NCBI GenBank assembly: GCA_964245435.1
Contig: CAXTMF010000008.1
Location: forward strand, 32,772 to 96,771
DNA: 64,000 nucleotides
Source of the DNA: an uncultured Acidobacteriaceae bacterium
GTDB taxonomy: Bacteria; Acidobacteriota; Terriglobia; Terriglobales; Acidobacteriaceae
Reading direction: 5' to 3'
Below the pieces are notes generated by a model. It saw nothing but the letters and a program-made list of their open reading frames with translations. It ran no database searches and was not told where the DNA came from. Of the stretch, positions 38,191 through 48,212 are shown in pieces. How positions within the stretch are numbered: position 1 is the stretch's first letter; every line of letters starts with the position of its first letter. Position numbers and translations under genes: made by a program.

Positions 38191-41100
38191 TTATCGATAC
38201 CGTCTATGCAGCTTGACCTCAAAACTGAAAACTCCGGACTCGTCGCGCACCGCAACGACGGAAACATCAGGGGTGAGATTGTACTGACCCTGGATAAGCT
38301 GCTGTGCAGTCGAGTTGACGTTCGTCGCGTACTGGACTGTTCCGTTCTTTGAGATCTGCTGCTGAACCGTAATGCGCGCCGTAGAGTTACCTGTTCCGGA
38401 GACAAAGGTCGGGTCGATCTTTACGCTACCGCCCCCGAAGAGCTTGTTGATGCGGCTGGAGAGGGTGGCGTTGAGTGCGCCGCCGAGGATGGAATCAGCG
38501 GTCGAATTAACACCGGCCTGCGACTGCGCCTGGGAGTTGATCGCCGCCTCTTCCTGCGTGCTCCCGACTGCCAGGAGCGAAAAGATGTCCTGCTCGGAAA
38601 GTGGCGGGTTCGAGCGGAAGGTGGGTGTCAGCTTCTCGGTCGTTCCGCTCAGGCCGATGATGATGTCGTAGTCCTCGACATGGGCACTCGCCTGCAGGTC
38701 GATTGTCGGCTCAATCTTCACTGGATTGGTGAAGTAGATATCACCGTGCTGCAACGTGTAGTGGGTACCGGCAAAGGTAGCGTCACCTTCAGTGATAGAG
38801 ATGTGGCCGAGTACCGAGGGCTCGACGGCTGTGCCGCGAACGAACAGATCCAAATCGCCGGCCAGCTTGGCATAGGAGTTGTTGATATCCAGCTGTGGCG
38901 CAGACGTAACGTGGATGTCCAGCCGGATGTTGTTGCCGAAGGCTGTCGGATCCGGTGGCGGCGAGATGCCGTTGGAAGCAAAAGATGCCGTGTCAACGCT
39001 GGCGCCGACGGCGAAACGGGTGATGAGTACATTGCCGCTCACCAGTATGTTCTGCAGCGTGCCCTGGATGCGGAGTTTGGAGTTGAATACAGTGCTGACA
39101 CCGCCCGGATACCGGACGCGCACCTGATTGCCCGTGACAGTGAGATCGGCATAAACACCCTGCTGGTAGGTAACGAAGCCGCCAAAGACAAGATCGCCGC
39201 CGCCGCTGGTAGCGTGCAGGTTCTTCACGCTTAGCCGGCCCTGGTCGAAAACCAGCGAGCCGTTCAGGTGGTTGACGCCGTTGGGGAAGTCTCCATAGGC
39301 GAGGTTAACGTCATTGAAGTCGGCCGCGCCTTCGAGGTCCGGCTTCTCGATTGTGTTGCCAGCGGTGAAGTGAAAAGCGATGGAGCCACTGCTCTTGATA
39401 TCCGGCACAAAGGTGTGCGCGACCTGAAGATTGAGCGTTCCAAATGCCTTGGCGTCGAGCAGCCGGTTGGTGCCGAACAGCTCGGCGCGGCCCTCGGCAT
39501 GCAGATCCGTCCCAGCGCCGGTGATATGCACCGGCTGCAGTTGCGCAATACCGTCGCGCAGAGAGGCACGCAGATCGCCATCGGTACCGATCGATACGCC
39601 TTGCGCACTGACCGCGATGCGGGAAAGATCAGCGTCGCCGTTCAGCTGCTTCGGCGTCGCCAGCGGACCATTTACGGTCACGGTGCCCGCAAGAATCGAG
39701 TCGCCCTTCACGCCTTGTACGTTGAAGACTTGTAGAAAAGGGTTAATGTCTAGGTTCGACAATGTGAGCTTTGCCGCCGTCGTATAGCTACCGCTGAGAC
39801 TGGTCTGCGCGTGCAGGTTCGCTGCCGCACCACTGAGCCGCGCGTTCAGATCAGCCAACAGTGAGCCGTTCTCCGTGTGTGCCGTGAGATCGACCTCGCC
39901 CGTTGCGGCCGGGCCACCGGCCGGGTTCGCTAGCGCCAGATTAGTCAGGTGCACGGCAGCCTGTGCCGTCGGCGCCTGCGCGGTACCGGATGCCTGAACG
40001 TTGAAGGCAAGCTGGCCGTGTACTACCAACGGCGATTTCTTGAGCACCTGAAAATTGTCCAGGTTAAGCCCATTCGCCTGCGTTTGCGCGTGGAAACGCT
40101 TGCTCGTCAGGTTGTAACCGCCACTGCCGGTGATCTCGCCACCGCCGATCAGGAGGGTAAGCTGCGAGGCGCCAACATCCTGCCCGGCAAAGGTCAGATC
40201 GGCGTTCAGGCTCTTGTACGGCTCGCCGTATAGCTGTCCGCCGTTGACGGCAAGATGGCCTCCTCCGTTCAGGTTGCCGAGTGTGCCGCCGACAGTTGCA
40301 TTTAGGTTCAGGGTGCCGGATACCGGAACGGTGGCCTGGCCGGCGAGTGCCAGCAGGTCAGGGATGTTCGCATTGTTGATGCTCGCAGTCGCGTTGATTG
40401 CCGCTTCGTTGTCGAAGGCATAGCCGTGACGGCGAGTTTTGTGCGCATGTAGATGCCCGGCTGCGTGCACTTGCGTACTGCCGCGCGTGATGACCGCGCT
40501 CTGCACGGAGATCAGAGCCGGCGAGTACTCGGCGTCTGCTGTCAGGGAGTCGATGTGAAAGGCTGTGGGTGCTGCCGCCGGCTGATTGGTTGCAGCTGCC
40601 GGGACGGGCACCGGCTTGCCGTCAGGGCCGAGAGGCTGGTTACCGGCAGCGACCGCAGCTGGCGCGGTTGTAGCAGCCGGCGTGTTATTGAGCAGCAGAT
40701 CAAAGTTGTTCACCGCCAGATGCCCGGTCACGTCGGGAGCGGCAAGGTTGCCAGTCACAACGCCGTTGAAGGAGGCCTGGCCATGCAATGCGAGTGGCAA
40801 AGCCGGTGCACCGTTCTTGCCACCGACACCAAAGGTAGCAAGCGCCTTGTTGAACTCTCCAAGGTTCGAGACAGTGACCCGCGTCTGCAGCGACGACCGT
40901 CCACCAGCCACGAGCCCAACCCCACCGGTCACATTGAGCTGCGTGCCCGGGGTGTGCGCATTGACTTGGTGAACGACCACGCTGTTGCTGCGGCCCGAGT
41001 AGGTGACGTCGATGATGCCGTTCACCGGCACGTCCCCGTGCGCGGGCACGGCTGGGGCGTTCAGCCCGATGCGGGCGTCAGCCGCCAGGTCGGACGCATT

Positions 41101-42507
41101 GCCGGTCCAGCTTAGCTTCAAGGTGCCATTAGCCACGGTAAAGAAGCCGAGGTGCTGGAACTTGGGGGGCGCCACGATCGAAAGAATGGAGGGCAGCGTA
41201 AAGCCCTGCAGGCGCGCGTTGACCTCACCAGAGGAAATGGCGGCCTTTGCCGGAGAATTACTAGTGGCGTTCGCGACAGCGCGGTTTACCTCGCGGGCAG
41301 CACGCGCCGTTGCGGCCGTTTTCGCGTTTGGCGCGCCGGGTAGCGGCGCGGCAGCAGGTGGCGGAGTCGGCGCGAGCCAATGGTCGATATGTGCTTCCCC
41401 GGTGACAGTGCCGCCGGTCGCAAGCGTTGCACGCAGATTGTTGGCTGCCAGTGTGTCCTGCGTGATGTGCAGGTCGGTGGAGGCATTGAGCCCGCTCAGG
41501 TTAACGCCCGAGCCCCGGTAGGTCGCACCGGCGATCTTGGTCGTGCCGTCGACCGTGAAGAGAGCCTTTGTACCTTTGCCTGCAACGTAGAGCCCTATCA
41601 CGCCGCGGTCCAGACCAGGGATCGCAGCCAGTGCCTCCGCCTCACGCAGATCAACCGTTCCCTTGGCGTCCAGTTGCCAGTGCGGGTCAGCAAAGTTACT
41701 TACGTTGGCGTGAGCAGCCAGAGTCGAAGAGCCCGCGGTAAAGTGCAAGTCACTTACGATCAGGTTGCCCCGACCCATCAGGGCCGCTACCGTGAGCTTC
41801 GAGTGGGCCGGTGCAGCGATCGAGCGGCGTGCGGTCAGATCCGCAATAGAGATGGTGGCCTTGTACTGATCAGTCGGCACCAGATAATTGATCCCGACTT
41901 CCAGGTCGTTGGCCGCGAGCGCGAACGGTATCGCCTGTTGATTGACGAGCGCGGTACCGTCGTTGATCTCGGCGCGGTCTACAGCCAGGTCAAAGATCTG
42001 GTTGATCGTCGTGTTGATATCGGTCGGAGCGCTCTTCTTCTTCGGCACCGGCTGGTTCGTCGAACCGTCTTTGTAGACGATCAGGTGGATCACGGGTCTA
42101 TCAATGCCGAGATAGTTAAGCCCGACCTTTGCCTTGAAGAAGGAGATGATCTTGACACGCACGCGGAGGCGGTCGAGGTGCGCATAGGGGACTTCGCCCG
42201 GCGCTTCCAGGCCGTGGATCGTCAGGTTATCTGCTTCAAACTCCAGGTGCAGCAGACGCCAGCGAAAAGCGCCCAACTCGACGCGGCCGCCGGTCGAATC
42301 CTCGAGAACCTTGATCAGCTCTGTACGGACCTTGTTTGCGAACTGTGGTGTCGAGGCATACCAACTCAGGCCGGCGACGAGCAATGCCAGTACGACGACG
42401 AGGCCCAGCAACGTCTTGAGGACGAGATGACGCCGTGGACGGGGGCCGCGGTCGCCAGCCGTGCTGCCGCGACCGCGGCCGAAAAGCGTACTCGGGGTCG
42501 TACTCAT
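38191..42507 (-). CDS. tamB: Translocation and assembly module protein TamB-like (DUF490)
   Basis: 1438 aa with an N-terminal TM anchor (LVLKTLLGLVVVLALLVAGLSWY), a very long Gly/Asn/Thr/Val-rich beta-rich body, and a DUF490-like C-terminal end. The start overlaps the upstream stop by 4 nt (ATGA). Confidence 0.8.
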   Translation of the reverse strand: MSTTPSTLFGRGRGSTAGDRGPRPRRHLVLKTLLGLVVVLALLVAGLSWYASTPQFANKVRTELIKVLEDSTGGRVELGAFRWRLLHLEFEADNLTIHGLEAPGEVPYAHLDRLRVRVKIISFFKAKVGLNYLGIDRPVIHLIVYKDGSTNQPVPKKKSAPTDINTTINQIFDLAVDRAEINDGTALVNQQAIPFALAANDLEVGINYLVPTDQYKATISIADLTARRSIAAPAHSKLTVAALMGRGNLIVSDLHFTAGSSTLAAHANVSNFADPHWQLDAKGTVDLREAEALAAIPGLDRGVIGLYVAGKGTKALFTVDGTTKIAGATYRGSGVNLSGLNASTDLHITQDTLAANNLRATLATGGTVTGEAHIDHWLAPTPPPAAAPLPGAPNAKTAATARAAREVNRAVANATSNSPAKAAISSGEVNARLQGFTLPSILSIVAPPKFQHLGFFTVANGTLKLSWTGNASDLAADARIGLNAPAVPAHGDVPVNGIIDVTYSGRSNSVVVHQVNAHTPGTQLNVTGGVGLVAGGRSSLQTRVTVSNLGEFNKALATFGVGGKNGAPALPLALHGQASFNGVVTGNLAAPDVTGHLAVNNFDLLLNNTPAATTAPAAVAAGNQPLGPDGKPVPVPAAATNQPAAAPTAFHIDSLTADAEYSPALISVQSAVITRGSTQVHAAGHLHAHKTRRHGYAFDNEAAINATASINNANIPDLLALAGQATVPVSGTLNLNATVGGTLGNLNGGGHLAVNGGQLYGEPYKSLNADLTFAGQDVGASQLTLLIGGGEITGSGGYNLTSKRFHAQTQANGLNLDNFQVLKKSPLVVHGQLAFNVQASGTAQAPTAQAAVHLTNLALANPAGGPAATGEVDLTAHTENGSLLADLNARLSGAAANLHAQTSLSGSYTTAAKLTLSNLDINPFLQVFNVQGVKGDSILAGTVTVNGPLATPKQLNGDADLSRIAVSAQGVSIGTDGDLRASLRDGIAQLQPVHITGAGTDLHAEGRAELFGTNRLLDAKAFGTLNLQVAHTFVPDIKSSGSIAFHFTAGNTIEKPDLEGAADFNDVNLAYGDFPNGVNHLNGSLVFDQGRLSVKNLHATSGGGDLVFGGFVTYQQGVYADLTVTGNQVRVRYPGGVSTVFNSKLRIQGTLQNILVSGNVLITRFAVGASVDTASFASNGISPPPDPTAFGNNIRLDIHVTSAPQLDINNSYAKLAGDLDLFVRGTAVEPSVLGHISITEGDATFAGTHYTLQHGDIYFTNPVKIEPTIDLQASAHVEDYDIIIGLSGTTEKLTPTFRSNPPLSEQDIFSLLAVGSTQEEAAINSQAQSQAGVNSTADSILGGALNATLSSRINKLFGGGSVKIDPTFVSGTGNSTARITVQQQISKNGTVQYATNVNSTAQQLIQGQYNLTPDVSVVAVRDESGVFSFEVKLHRRYR

Positions 42508-43343
42508 AGGGCGCCTCCCAGCGTGTCCTCATCCGCGTTGCCAGTGCTCTGCCCATAGGCCGGCACTAGGATCTGCACGCTACCTTCCTGGCGCAGAGTC
42601 GCTTCCCAGTCGTCGATCTGCTTGGTCACCTGCTGCTGCAGCAGGATCTCCTCGATGCGTGGGCGTAGCGTCTTCAGCGGCGGCGTCTTTTCATGCTTTG
42701 CTTCGAACTGCGGCACCAGCGTTTTGTCGTAATAGGCCTGCACCTGATCGGTCGGGATCCGGATGCCGGTCCGAAAGCGCAGGTTCAGGTAGTCCAAAAT
42801 AATAAGCCGCTCCCGCCAGCGCTGCCAGACCTCGTCCGTGTTCATCCCGCGCTCGGACAGGTAGCCGGCCCAGCCGGCAGCGCTCTGGCAACGTGTCAGG
42901 CATCCCGGCAGCTGCTTCTTGAGTTCGTTGATAAATTTGTCCACGTCAGCGTTCGTGATGTTCGGTGAGTCCTGATTCTGCTCCTTCATCTGTTGAAGGA
43001 TCAGTGTGCGGGTGATCAGGTGCTCGGCAGCACGGACATCTGTATTTTCGTTCGCTGGCAGTAGCTGGAGCGACTCAAACCGCCGCTCCTGTTCCACGTC
43101 GCTCTGAAGCAGCACGTCTCCGTTGACGATTGCGACGACGCTGTCTAAGACGACCGGCTGATTCTCCGGTACGCCGGTCTGGCCTTTCTGTGTTGCGGCT
43201 GCTTTTGCAGCATCGCCAGAAGCAGCGGCTTTCTGCTGGGGTGTGACGTGGGTCTGGGTGTCCTGTTGGACCGGTGCGGCGTTCTGCGCGAGCACCGGCT
43301 GCGAAAGTGCGCCGGCAAGCAGGATGGTAACAAGGAGCCGCAT
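42504..43343 (-). CDS. SurA N-terminal-domain periplasmic chaperone (no PPIase domain)
   Basis: Signal peptide ending PVLAQ, then VVLDSVVAIVNGDVLLQSDVEQE, the typical start of the SurA_N chaperone domain. 279 aa. Confidence 0.65.
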   Translation of the reverse strand: MRLLVTILLAGALSQPVLAQNAAPVQQDTQTHVTPQQKAAASGDAAKAAATQKGQTGVPENQPVVLDSVVAIVNGDVLLQSDVEQERRFESLQLLPANENTDVRAAEHLITRTLILQQMKEQNQDSPNITNADVDKFINELKKQLPGCLTRCQSAAGWAGYLSERGMNTDEVWQRWRERLIILDYLNLRFRTGIRIPTDQVQAYYDKTLVPQFEAKHEKTPPLKTLRPRIEEILLQQQVTKQIDDWEATLRQEGSVQILVPAYGQSTGNADEDTLGGAL

Positions 43344-46300
43344 CAGAATGCCTGCCCGATGGAGAAGAAGAAATTAAAGTGGCTCCCCTCGCCCTGCTGC
43401 GGCGGTGCACTTGGATTCGCAATGTTAAAACCTGAGATCTCTGGGTAGAGGGGCGGATTAAGTGTGTAACTGGCATCGACACGGATCGGACCGATCGGCG
43501 TTCCATAACGTGCCCCGATGCCGAGCGCATGCGCAAAGAAGTTATACGAGCAAATACCTGTTAAACCGATGCTGTTATGTTCCGGCGCAGGGGCAGACTG
43601 AATCGCTTCGTCCGCGGCACTTGACTCACGGCAGGCGGCCCGGTCGGGCTGGCGAAAACGCAGAAAACTGGGCCAAATATCGCTGCCCTTGACGAAAACA
43701 TTTCCCATGTCGTGGAAGAGCACAAAGCTCACGCTGTTGCCGACGACCGGAAGCGTGGGCGGCGGAAGGCGGAGTTCGAAGTTATTGACCAAGGCCGCGG
43801 CTCCGCCGATAGGAAAGCCAGTGATGTTGTCGCGAGGACCGGCCGCATTGATGCCGAACCCGCGAAGCGATTCCGCACCCCCGGCGTAGATACGTTCCGG
43901 AAGCGGAATCAACTCCTGCGAGCCGTTTCCAAAAGAGCGCTCGTAAGCTAGGCGCGTCTGGCGTGCAAAAACATAGCGATGCACGTTGCCGAAAGGATAG
44001 TAGGTGGCATTGGTGCCGTCCAGACGATTAAAGTTGGACTGCGAGCCGAACTTACCATCGGCAAAGAACTCCTGGAAAGTGTTGTAAGTTCCTCCCGAAG
44101 CGTCGAGGGAAGATGGTCGACGCGTGTCGCGAATCCAGGTTACGCCGGGGCCGCCGACCGTAACCGGCTGCGACTCTAGAGGTATCTCCTCCGGTGCGAC
44201 CTGGATAGTATTTGCATCAACCATGATGCGCCGGAATTGAAACTGATAGATCCAGGTCACCGGCTTTCCTACGCGCTCTGTCAGGCGCAGGTTGGCGAGG
44301 ATGCGAGAGGCCGCGTAGGTAGTCACGTCCTGCTCGTTGGTGTAGCCGCCGTCTGCGGACAGGGTGAATGTTTTTGCCCCGAAGGGATGCGGGTCGCTGA
44401 AAGTCAACAAGGCTATCTTCTCGAGCGATCCGTATGTTGTCTTTAATGTCAGGCTATTATCTGTTCCCCGCAGATTGATGCGGGATACATTCAGTGACAC
44501 AAGTTCGCTAATGCCGAAGTTCCCGTTCGGGTTGTTGTATGTGATCCCCTGCTGGAGAAGCGTAAGATTGTTTGCCGACGTAGGGTTGCCCGTCTGCGCC
44601 TGCAGACCCACGCCATAAGTCACATCCCAGCGCTTGGCCTCGGTAAACTGCAGCAGGACATCCTTGCGCAGTTCCTGCCCGTTCGGGTTTTGCACGGCCG
44701 TGTTGACGCCGTTGAACAAGGTCAGGTCGTAGAGCTGCCGCTGGGTGTCGATCAGCGCGCTCTGGTTCAGTACGTCGCCCGGGTGCACGAGAATGTGTGA
44801 GGCGACCGTCTTCTCCCGGGTGTAGTGCAGGCCGCTGACAAGAACCTGGTTAACATGAATCTGCTCGCCCTCGGTGATCTGGAGTGTGACATCGATCAGG
44901 TTCGGATCGTGCGGATCCGGGGCCTGCTTCAGATTCGCCGTAGCCTGGTCATAGCCATGGCCGAGGTAATACGTCAGTACCGCGTCTCTGTCGCCGGTGA
45001 GATTATTCGAGTTATACGGCTGACCTACCTGAGTGTTCAGCAGCGGCAGCAGTGTGCTTGAAGGTACCTGGATGTTGCCGACCAGCTTGTAGGAGCCGAA
45101 CCTTTGCTGCACGCCTTCGGTGACCTGGTAAACAACCGTCATGTGCGCGATTTTGGAAGGCCGGCCTTTTTTGTCAGTATCTGAGTCCCGGACAACAGGC
45201 TTGACCTGGACATGCGAGAAGCCACTTCCCTCGTAGATGGCGGTGATTGTCGCGACATCGCTCGCGACCAGTGCGGCGCTATACGTGCCGCGCGGATCGA
45301 ACAGGCTGTTCGGGTGCACATTCAGGCGCGGCTCGATCAGTGACGTTTCAAAATACTTGTTCCCTGCAATCGTGACCGAGTCGACATCGTGCACCTTGCC
45401 GAGCTGAACGTTGTAGGTCACCAGCGTCTGGCCATTCGGCTGCTTTACGCTGGTGTGCTCGACCTGGATGTCGAAATAGCCCTTCCGCTGGTACAGATCG
45501 CGAACGCGGCGGTCACCTTCGTTCAGCAGGTCTTCATCGACCGTACCTTCCTGGTAGATCGGGATTAGATTCCTGATGCTACTCTGGCTTACCTTTACAC
45601 CATTAACGACGACCACCACCTTGTTACCCTGATTCACGTTGAAGGTGTAGTTCAGGTGGTTCGTCGGCGGATCGAACTTCTTGTCAGTCAGCGTGACCTT
45701 GGACTCAAGCAGCTGCTGTTTCTGGTAGTGCGCTCGAAGGTTGTCGAGCGCAGTGTTCACGGTGTCACGCGTGACGCTCGAGTTCTGTTTCAGCTTTGCC
45801 GCCTTGCGGAACTTGTCGATCGTCAGCCCGCTCTGGCCGTTGACCGCGACTGCGCCGACACGCGCACGCTGCCCGAGCGTAACAATGTAGCTCAGGTTCA
45901 TCTGCTGGTTTACCGGATCCGGTGAGTGCGCCTCTTGGACCTGTGCCTGATAGTAACCGTTGGTTTCCAGCAGGTTCTCGATCAGCTTCTTTCCTCGGTC
46001 GAGCTTGGCCTGCGTGAACGGGGTGCCCGGGCTGAGCTTGGTCGCGCCCTGCAGCAGGCTGGTCATTGTCTCGTCGCTCACGCCGTCTACATTGACCCGC
46101 CCGATGAAGAGCTGCTGCTCGCCATCAAAGATGATGCTGACGTCGTCGCCTGAACGCACCCCTGCTACATCCACACTGCTGTAAAGCCCGGTAGCGTACA
46201 GCCGGCGCAGTGTTGCGCGGATCTTGTCCGGATCGAGCGGCTGGCCGACCTGCAATGGGAGCTCCGCCTGAAGTGGCTGCAGCCGGGCAGCGCTGACGCC

Positions 46301-46642
46301 GCGGTACTCGATCGCGCTGATCGTCAAGCCACGCCATGCGCGCAGGTTCTCCGTGCCGGCGTTCGGGGTGCCCGGCGGTGGACTGCTGTTCACCGGATGG
46401 CCCTGATCATAGGAGGGCAGCTTGGCCGCGTTCGGCACGGTCTGTCCGGCATCAGGGTTGGTGCCACCTGGTTGCTGCTGGGCGGGCGACTGCGAGGACG
46501 GAGCCACAGCACCCTGACCCCGGGCCGGCAAATCAAAAAGGCACACAGCACTCCCAGCCGCGACCAGAGCAAGAATAGCCGCCGGACGGCGGAAGAAGCG
46601 GATGGAGGGGGAGAGCGGTAAACCGCTTCGTAATTGCTGCAT
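43343..46642 (-). CDS. bamA: Outer membrane protein assembly factor, Omp85/BamA family
   Basis: About 1099 aa from ATG 46642. It has a signal sequence, a Pro/Gln-rich linker, multiple POTRA-sized repeats, and a C-terminal beta-barrel ending in the aromatic terminus FFFSIGQAF. Confidence 0.85.
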   Translation of the reverse strand: MQQLRSGLPLSPSIRFFRRPAAILALVAAGSAVCLFDLPARGQGAVAPSSQSPAQQQPGGTNPDAGQTVPNAAKLPSYDQGHPVNSSPPPGTPNAGTENLRAWRGLTISAIEYRGVSAARLQPLQAELPLQVGQPLDPDKIRATLRRLYATGLYSSVDVAGVRSGDDVSIIFDGEQQLFIGRVNVDGVSDETMTSLLQGATKLSPGTPFTQAKLDRGKKLIENLLETNGYYQAQVQEAHSPDPVNQQMNLSYIVTLGQRARVGAVAVNGQSGLTIDKFRKAAKLKQNSSVTRDTVNTALDNLRAHYQKQQLLESKVTLTDKKFDPPTNHLNYTFNVNQGNKVVVVVNGVKVSQSSIRNLIPIYQEGTVDEDLLNEGDRRVRDLYQRKGYFDIQVEHTSVKQPNGQTLVTYNVQLGKVHDVDSVTIAGNKYFETSLIEPRLNVHPNSLFDPRGTYSAALVASDVATITAIYEGSGFSHVQVKPVVRDSDTDKKGRPSKIAHMTVVYQVTEGVQQRFGSYKLVGNIQVPSSTLLPLLNTQVGQPYNSNNLTGDRDAVLTYYLGHGYDQATANLKQAPDPHDPNLIDVTLQITEGEQIHVNQVLVSGLHYTREKTVASHILVHPGDVLNQSALIDTQRQLYDLTLFNGVNTAVQNPNGQELRKDVLLQFTEAKRWDVTYGVGLQAQTGNPTSANNLTLLQQGITYNNPNGNFGISELVSLNVSRINLRGTDNSLTLKTTYGSLEKIALLTFSDPHPFGAKTFTLSADGGYTNEQDVTTYAASRILANLRLTERVGKPVTWIYQFQFRRIMVDANTIQVAPEEIPLESQPVTVGGPGVTWIRDTRRPSSLDASGGTYNTFQEFFADGKFGSQSNFNRLDGTNATYYPFGNVHRYVFARQTRLAYERSFGNGSQELIPLPERIYAGGAESLRGFGINAAGPRDNITGFPIGGAAALVNNFELRLPPPTLPVVGNSVSFVLFHDMGNVFVKGSDIWPSFLRFRQPDRAACRESSAADEAIQSAPAPEHNSIGLTGICSYNFFAHALGIGARYGTPIGPIRVDASYTLNPPLYPEISGFNIANPSAPPQQGEGSHFNFFFSIGQAF

Positions 46643-46762
46643 TCGGTATCCGTATTCACTTCTGGGATGTAGGCCGATCCTACCGATTGCGCCGACCCGC
46701 ATACCCCTTTTTCCTTGTAATCTGTGACTTTCGGCACGTGCTAAACCGTTCTGTTCTCACAA

Positions 46763-46841
46763 GAGAGCGAAACAGCCTTCTGCCCTAGCCGCCCATCTCG
46801 CTCTCCAGCGAAACAGGCTGGCTTTGAGACGGCCTCAAAGC
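46763..46841 (+). promoter_or_regulatory. Structured divergent intergenic region (two hairpins plus a 9-nt direct repeat) upstream of the ThiF/MoeB gene
   Basis: GAGAGCGA (46763-46770) pairs with TCGCTCTC (46798-46805). GCTTTGAG (46821-46828) pairs with CTCAAAGC (46834-46841). GCGAAACAG is repeated at 46767 and 46808. Function unknown. Confidence 0.25.
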
Positions 46842-46930
46842 GGAAAGAGTCGCCACCTCCGCGCCATCCTATACTAAGGAATGGGTGCAGACCGCAGCGT
46901 GAATTGCATCGGTAACGTGAACAAGGAGCC

Positions 46931-48007
46931 ATGATCGACATACCTCTGTCTGCTCCGCCAGCCTCCCCGTCTACGGAAGCTGAAGAAGCGTTCGCTGATC
47001 GGTACTCGCGCCAGATCCTGTTCGCGCCTGTTGGCACGGCGGGGCAGCGGCGCCTCGGGCTGGCGCATGTCGCTATCGTCGGCGTAGGTGCCACCGGAGC
47101 GGCGCTTGCCGGACTGTTGGCGCGGGCAGGCGTTGGCAGGCTGACGTTGGTCGACCGGGACTTTGTGGAACCGAGTAATCTGCAGCGGCAGGTCCTCTTT
47201 GATGAAGCCGACGCGCTTGCCGGGCTGCCCAAGGCGGAGGCTGCGCGCCGCCAGATAGCCCGCTTCAATCGTCAGACAGAGGTTGCCTCCTGGATCGCGG
47301 ACCTGGTTCCGACCAACATCGCCTCCCTTCTGGACGGCGCCGAGCTCGTGCTTGATGCGACCGACAATTTCGAGACCCGCTACCTGATCAACGACTACGC
47401 TGTCGAGCAGCGTAAGCCCTGGATCTACGCGGGCGCAGTGGGGGCGTATGCGATGTCAATGAACATCCTGCCCGGAGACACGGCCTGCCTGGCGTGCGTC
47501 TTCCCCGAGCCGCCAGGAGGACCGGTTGAGACCTGCGAAACTGCCGGGATCCTCGGCATGGCGGTTAATCTTGCGGCCTCGGTGGTCGCAATGGAGGCGA
47601 TCAAGTACCTGACCGGTGCGCGCGCGGCTATGCGACGGACCCTCCTTGCGCACGACCTGTGGACCAACGAGCGTTCTGAGTTGAACGCGGCCGGTCAGCC
47701 GCGCGCAGACTGCCTCGTATGCGGCCCGGCGCGCGAACGGAAGCACCTGCGCGGCGAAACCCGGCCGCAGATTACCCTTTGTGGGCGCAACTCAGTTCAG
47801 ATTCATGAACATACGCGCGAAGTCAACTTCAGCGATCTGGCGGCGAAGCTTGCTCCACACGGTGCGGTACGGTGGAATGAGTTGCTGCTACGCTTCCACC
47901 GTCCTCCCCATACCCTGACCGTTTTCCCTGATGGAAGAACGCTGGTGCAGGGAACGACAGATGTGGGCCAGGCTCGGAGCTTGTATGCGCGGTACCTTGG
48001 CGCTTGA
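46931..48007 (+). CDS. ThiF/MoeB/HesA-family adenylyltransferase (E1-like)
   Basis: RYSRQILF, nucleotide loop GVGATGAALAGLLARAGVGRLTLVDRD, Cys pairs (CLAC, CLVC), and a C-terminal extension of about 100 aa as in Bacillus-type MoeB/ThiF. Confidence 0.8.
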   Translation: MIDIPLSAPPASPSTEAEEAFADRYSRQILFAPVGTAGQRRLGLAHVAIVGVGATGAALAGLLARAGVGRLTLVDRDFVEPSNLQRQVLFDEADALAGLPKAEAARRQIARFNRQTEVASWIADLVPTNIASLLDGAELVLDATDNFETRYLINDYAVEQRKPWIYAGAVGAYAMSMNILPGDTACLACVFPEPPGGPVETCETAGILGMAVNLAASVVAMEAIKYLTGARAAMRRTLLAHDLWTNERSELNAAGQPRADCLVCGPARERKHLRGETRPQITLCGRNSVQIHEHTREVNFSDLAAKLAPHGAVRWNELLLRFHRPPHTLTVFPDGRTLVQGTTDVGQARSLYARYLGA

Positions 48008-48212
48008 TGCAGGAAGTGAAAGCAACTCCGCAGTCGTGTAGCGCGTCTCAGCTACGATCCAGCTGTATCCCGCTGTCTCAGCCCGGACGCGACACTTGCA
48101 CGATCGGCCGTTCACCCCAGACAAACTTGTTCAGAAGAAAGCAATCCAAACGGATCGGAGTGCCGTGAGCACAGCAGGACCTACGCAACAAGCCAAAAAT
48201 CCGGTACAGCAC

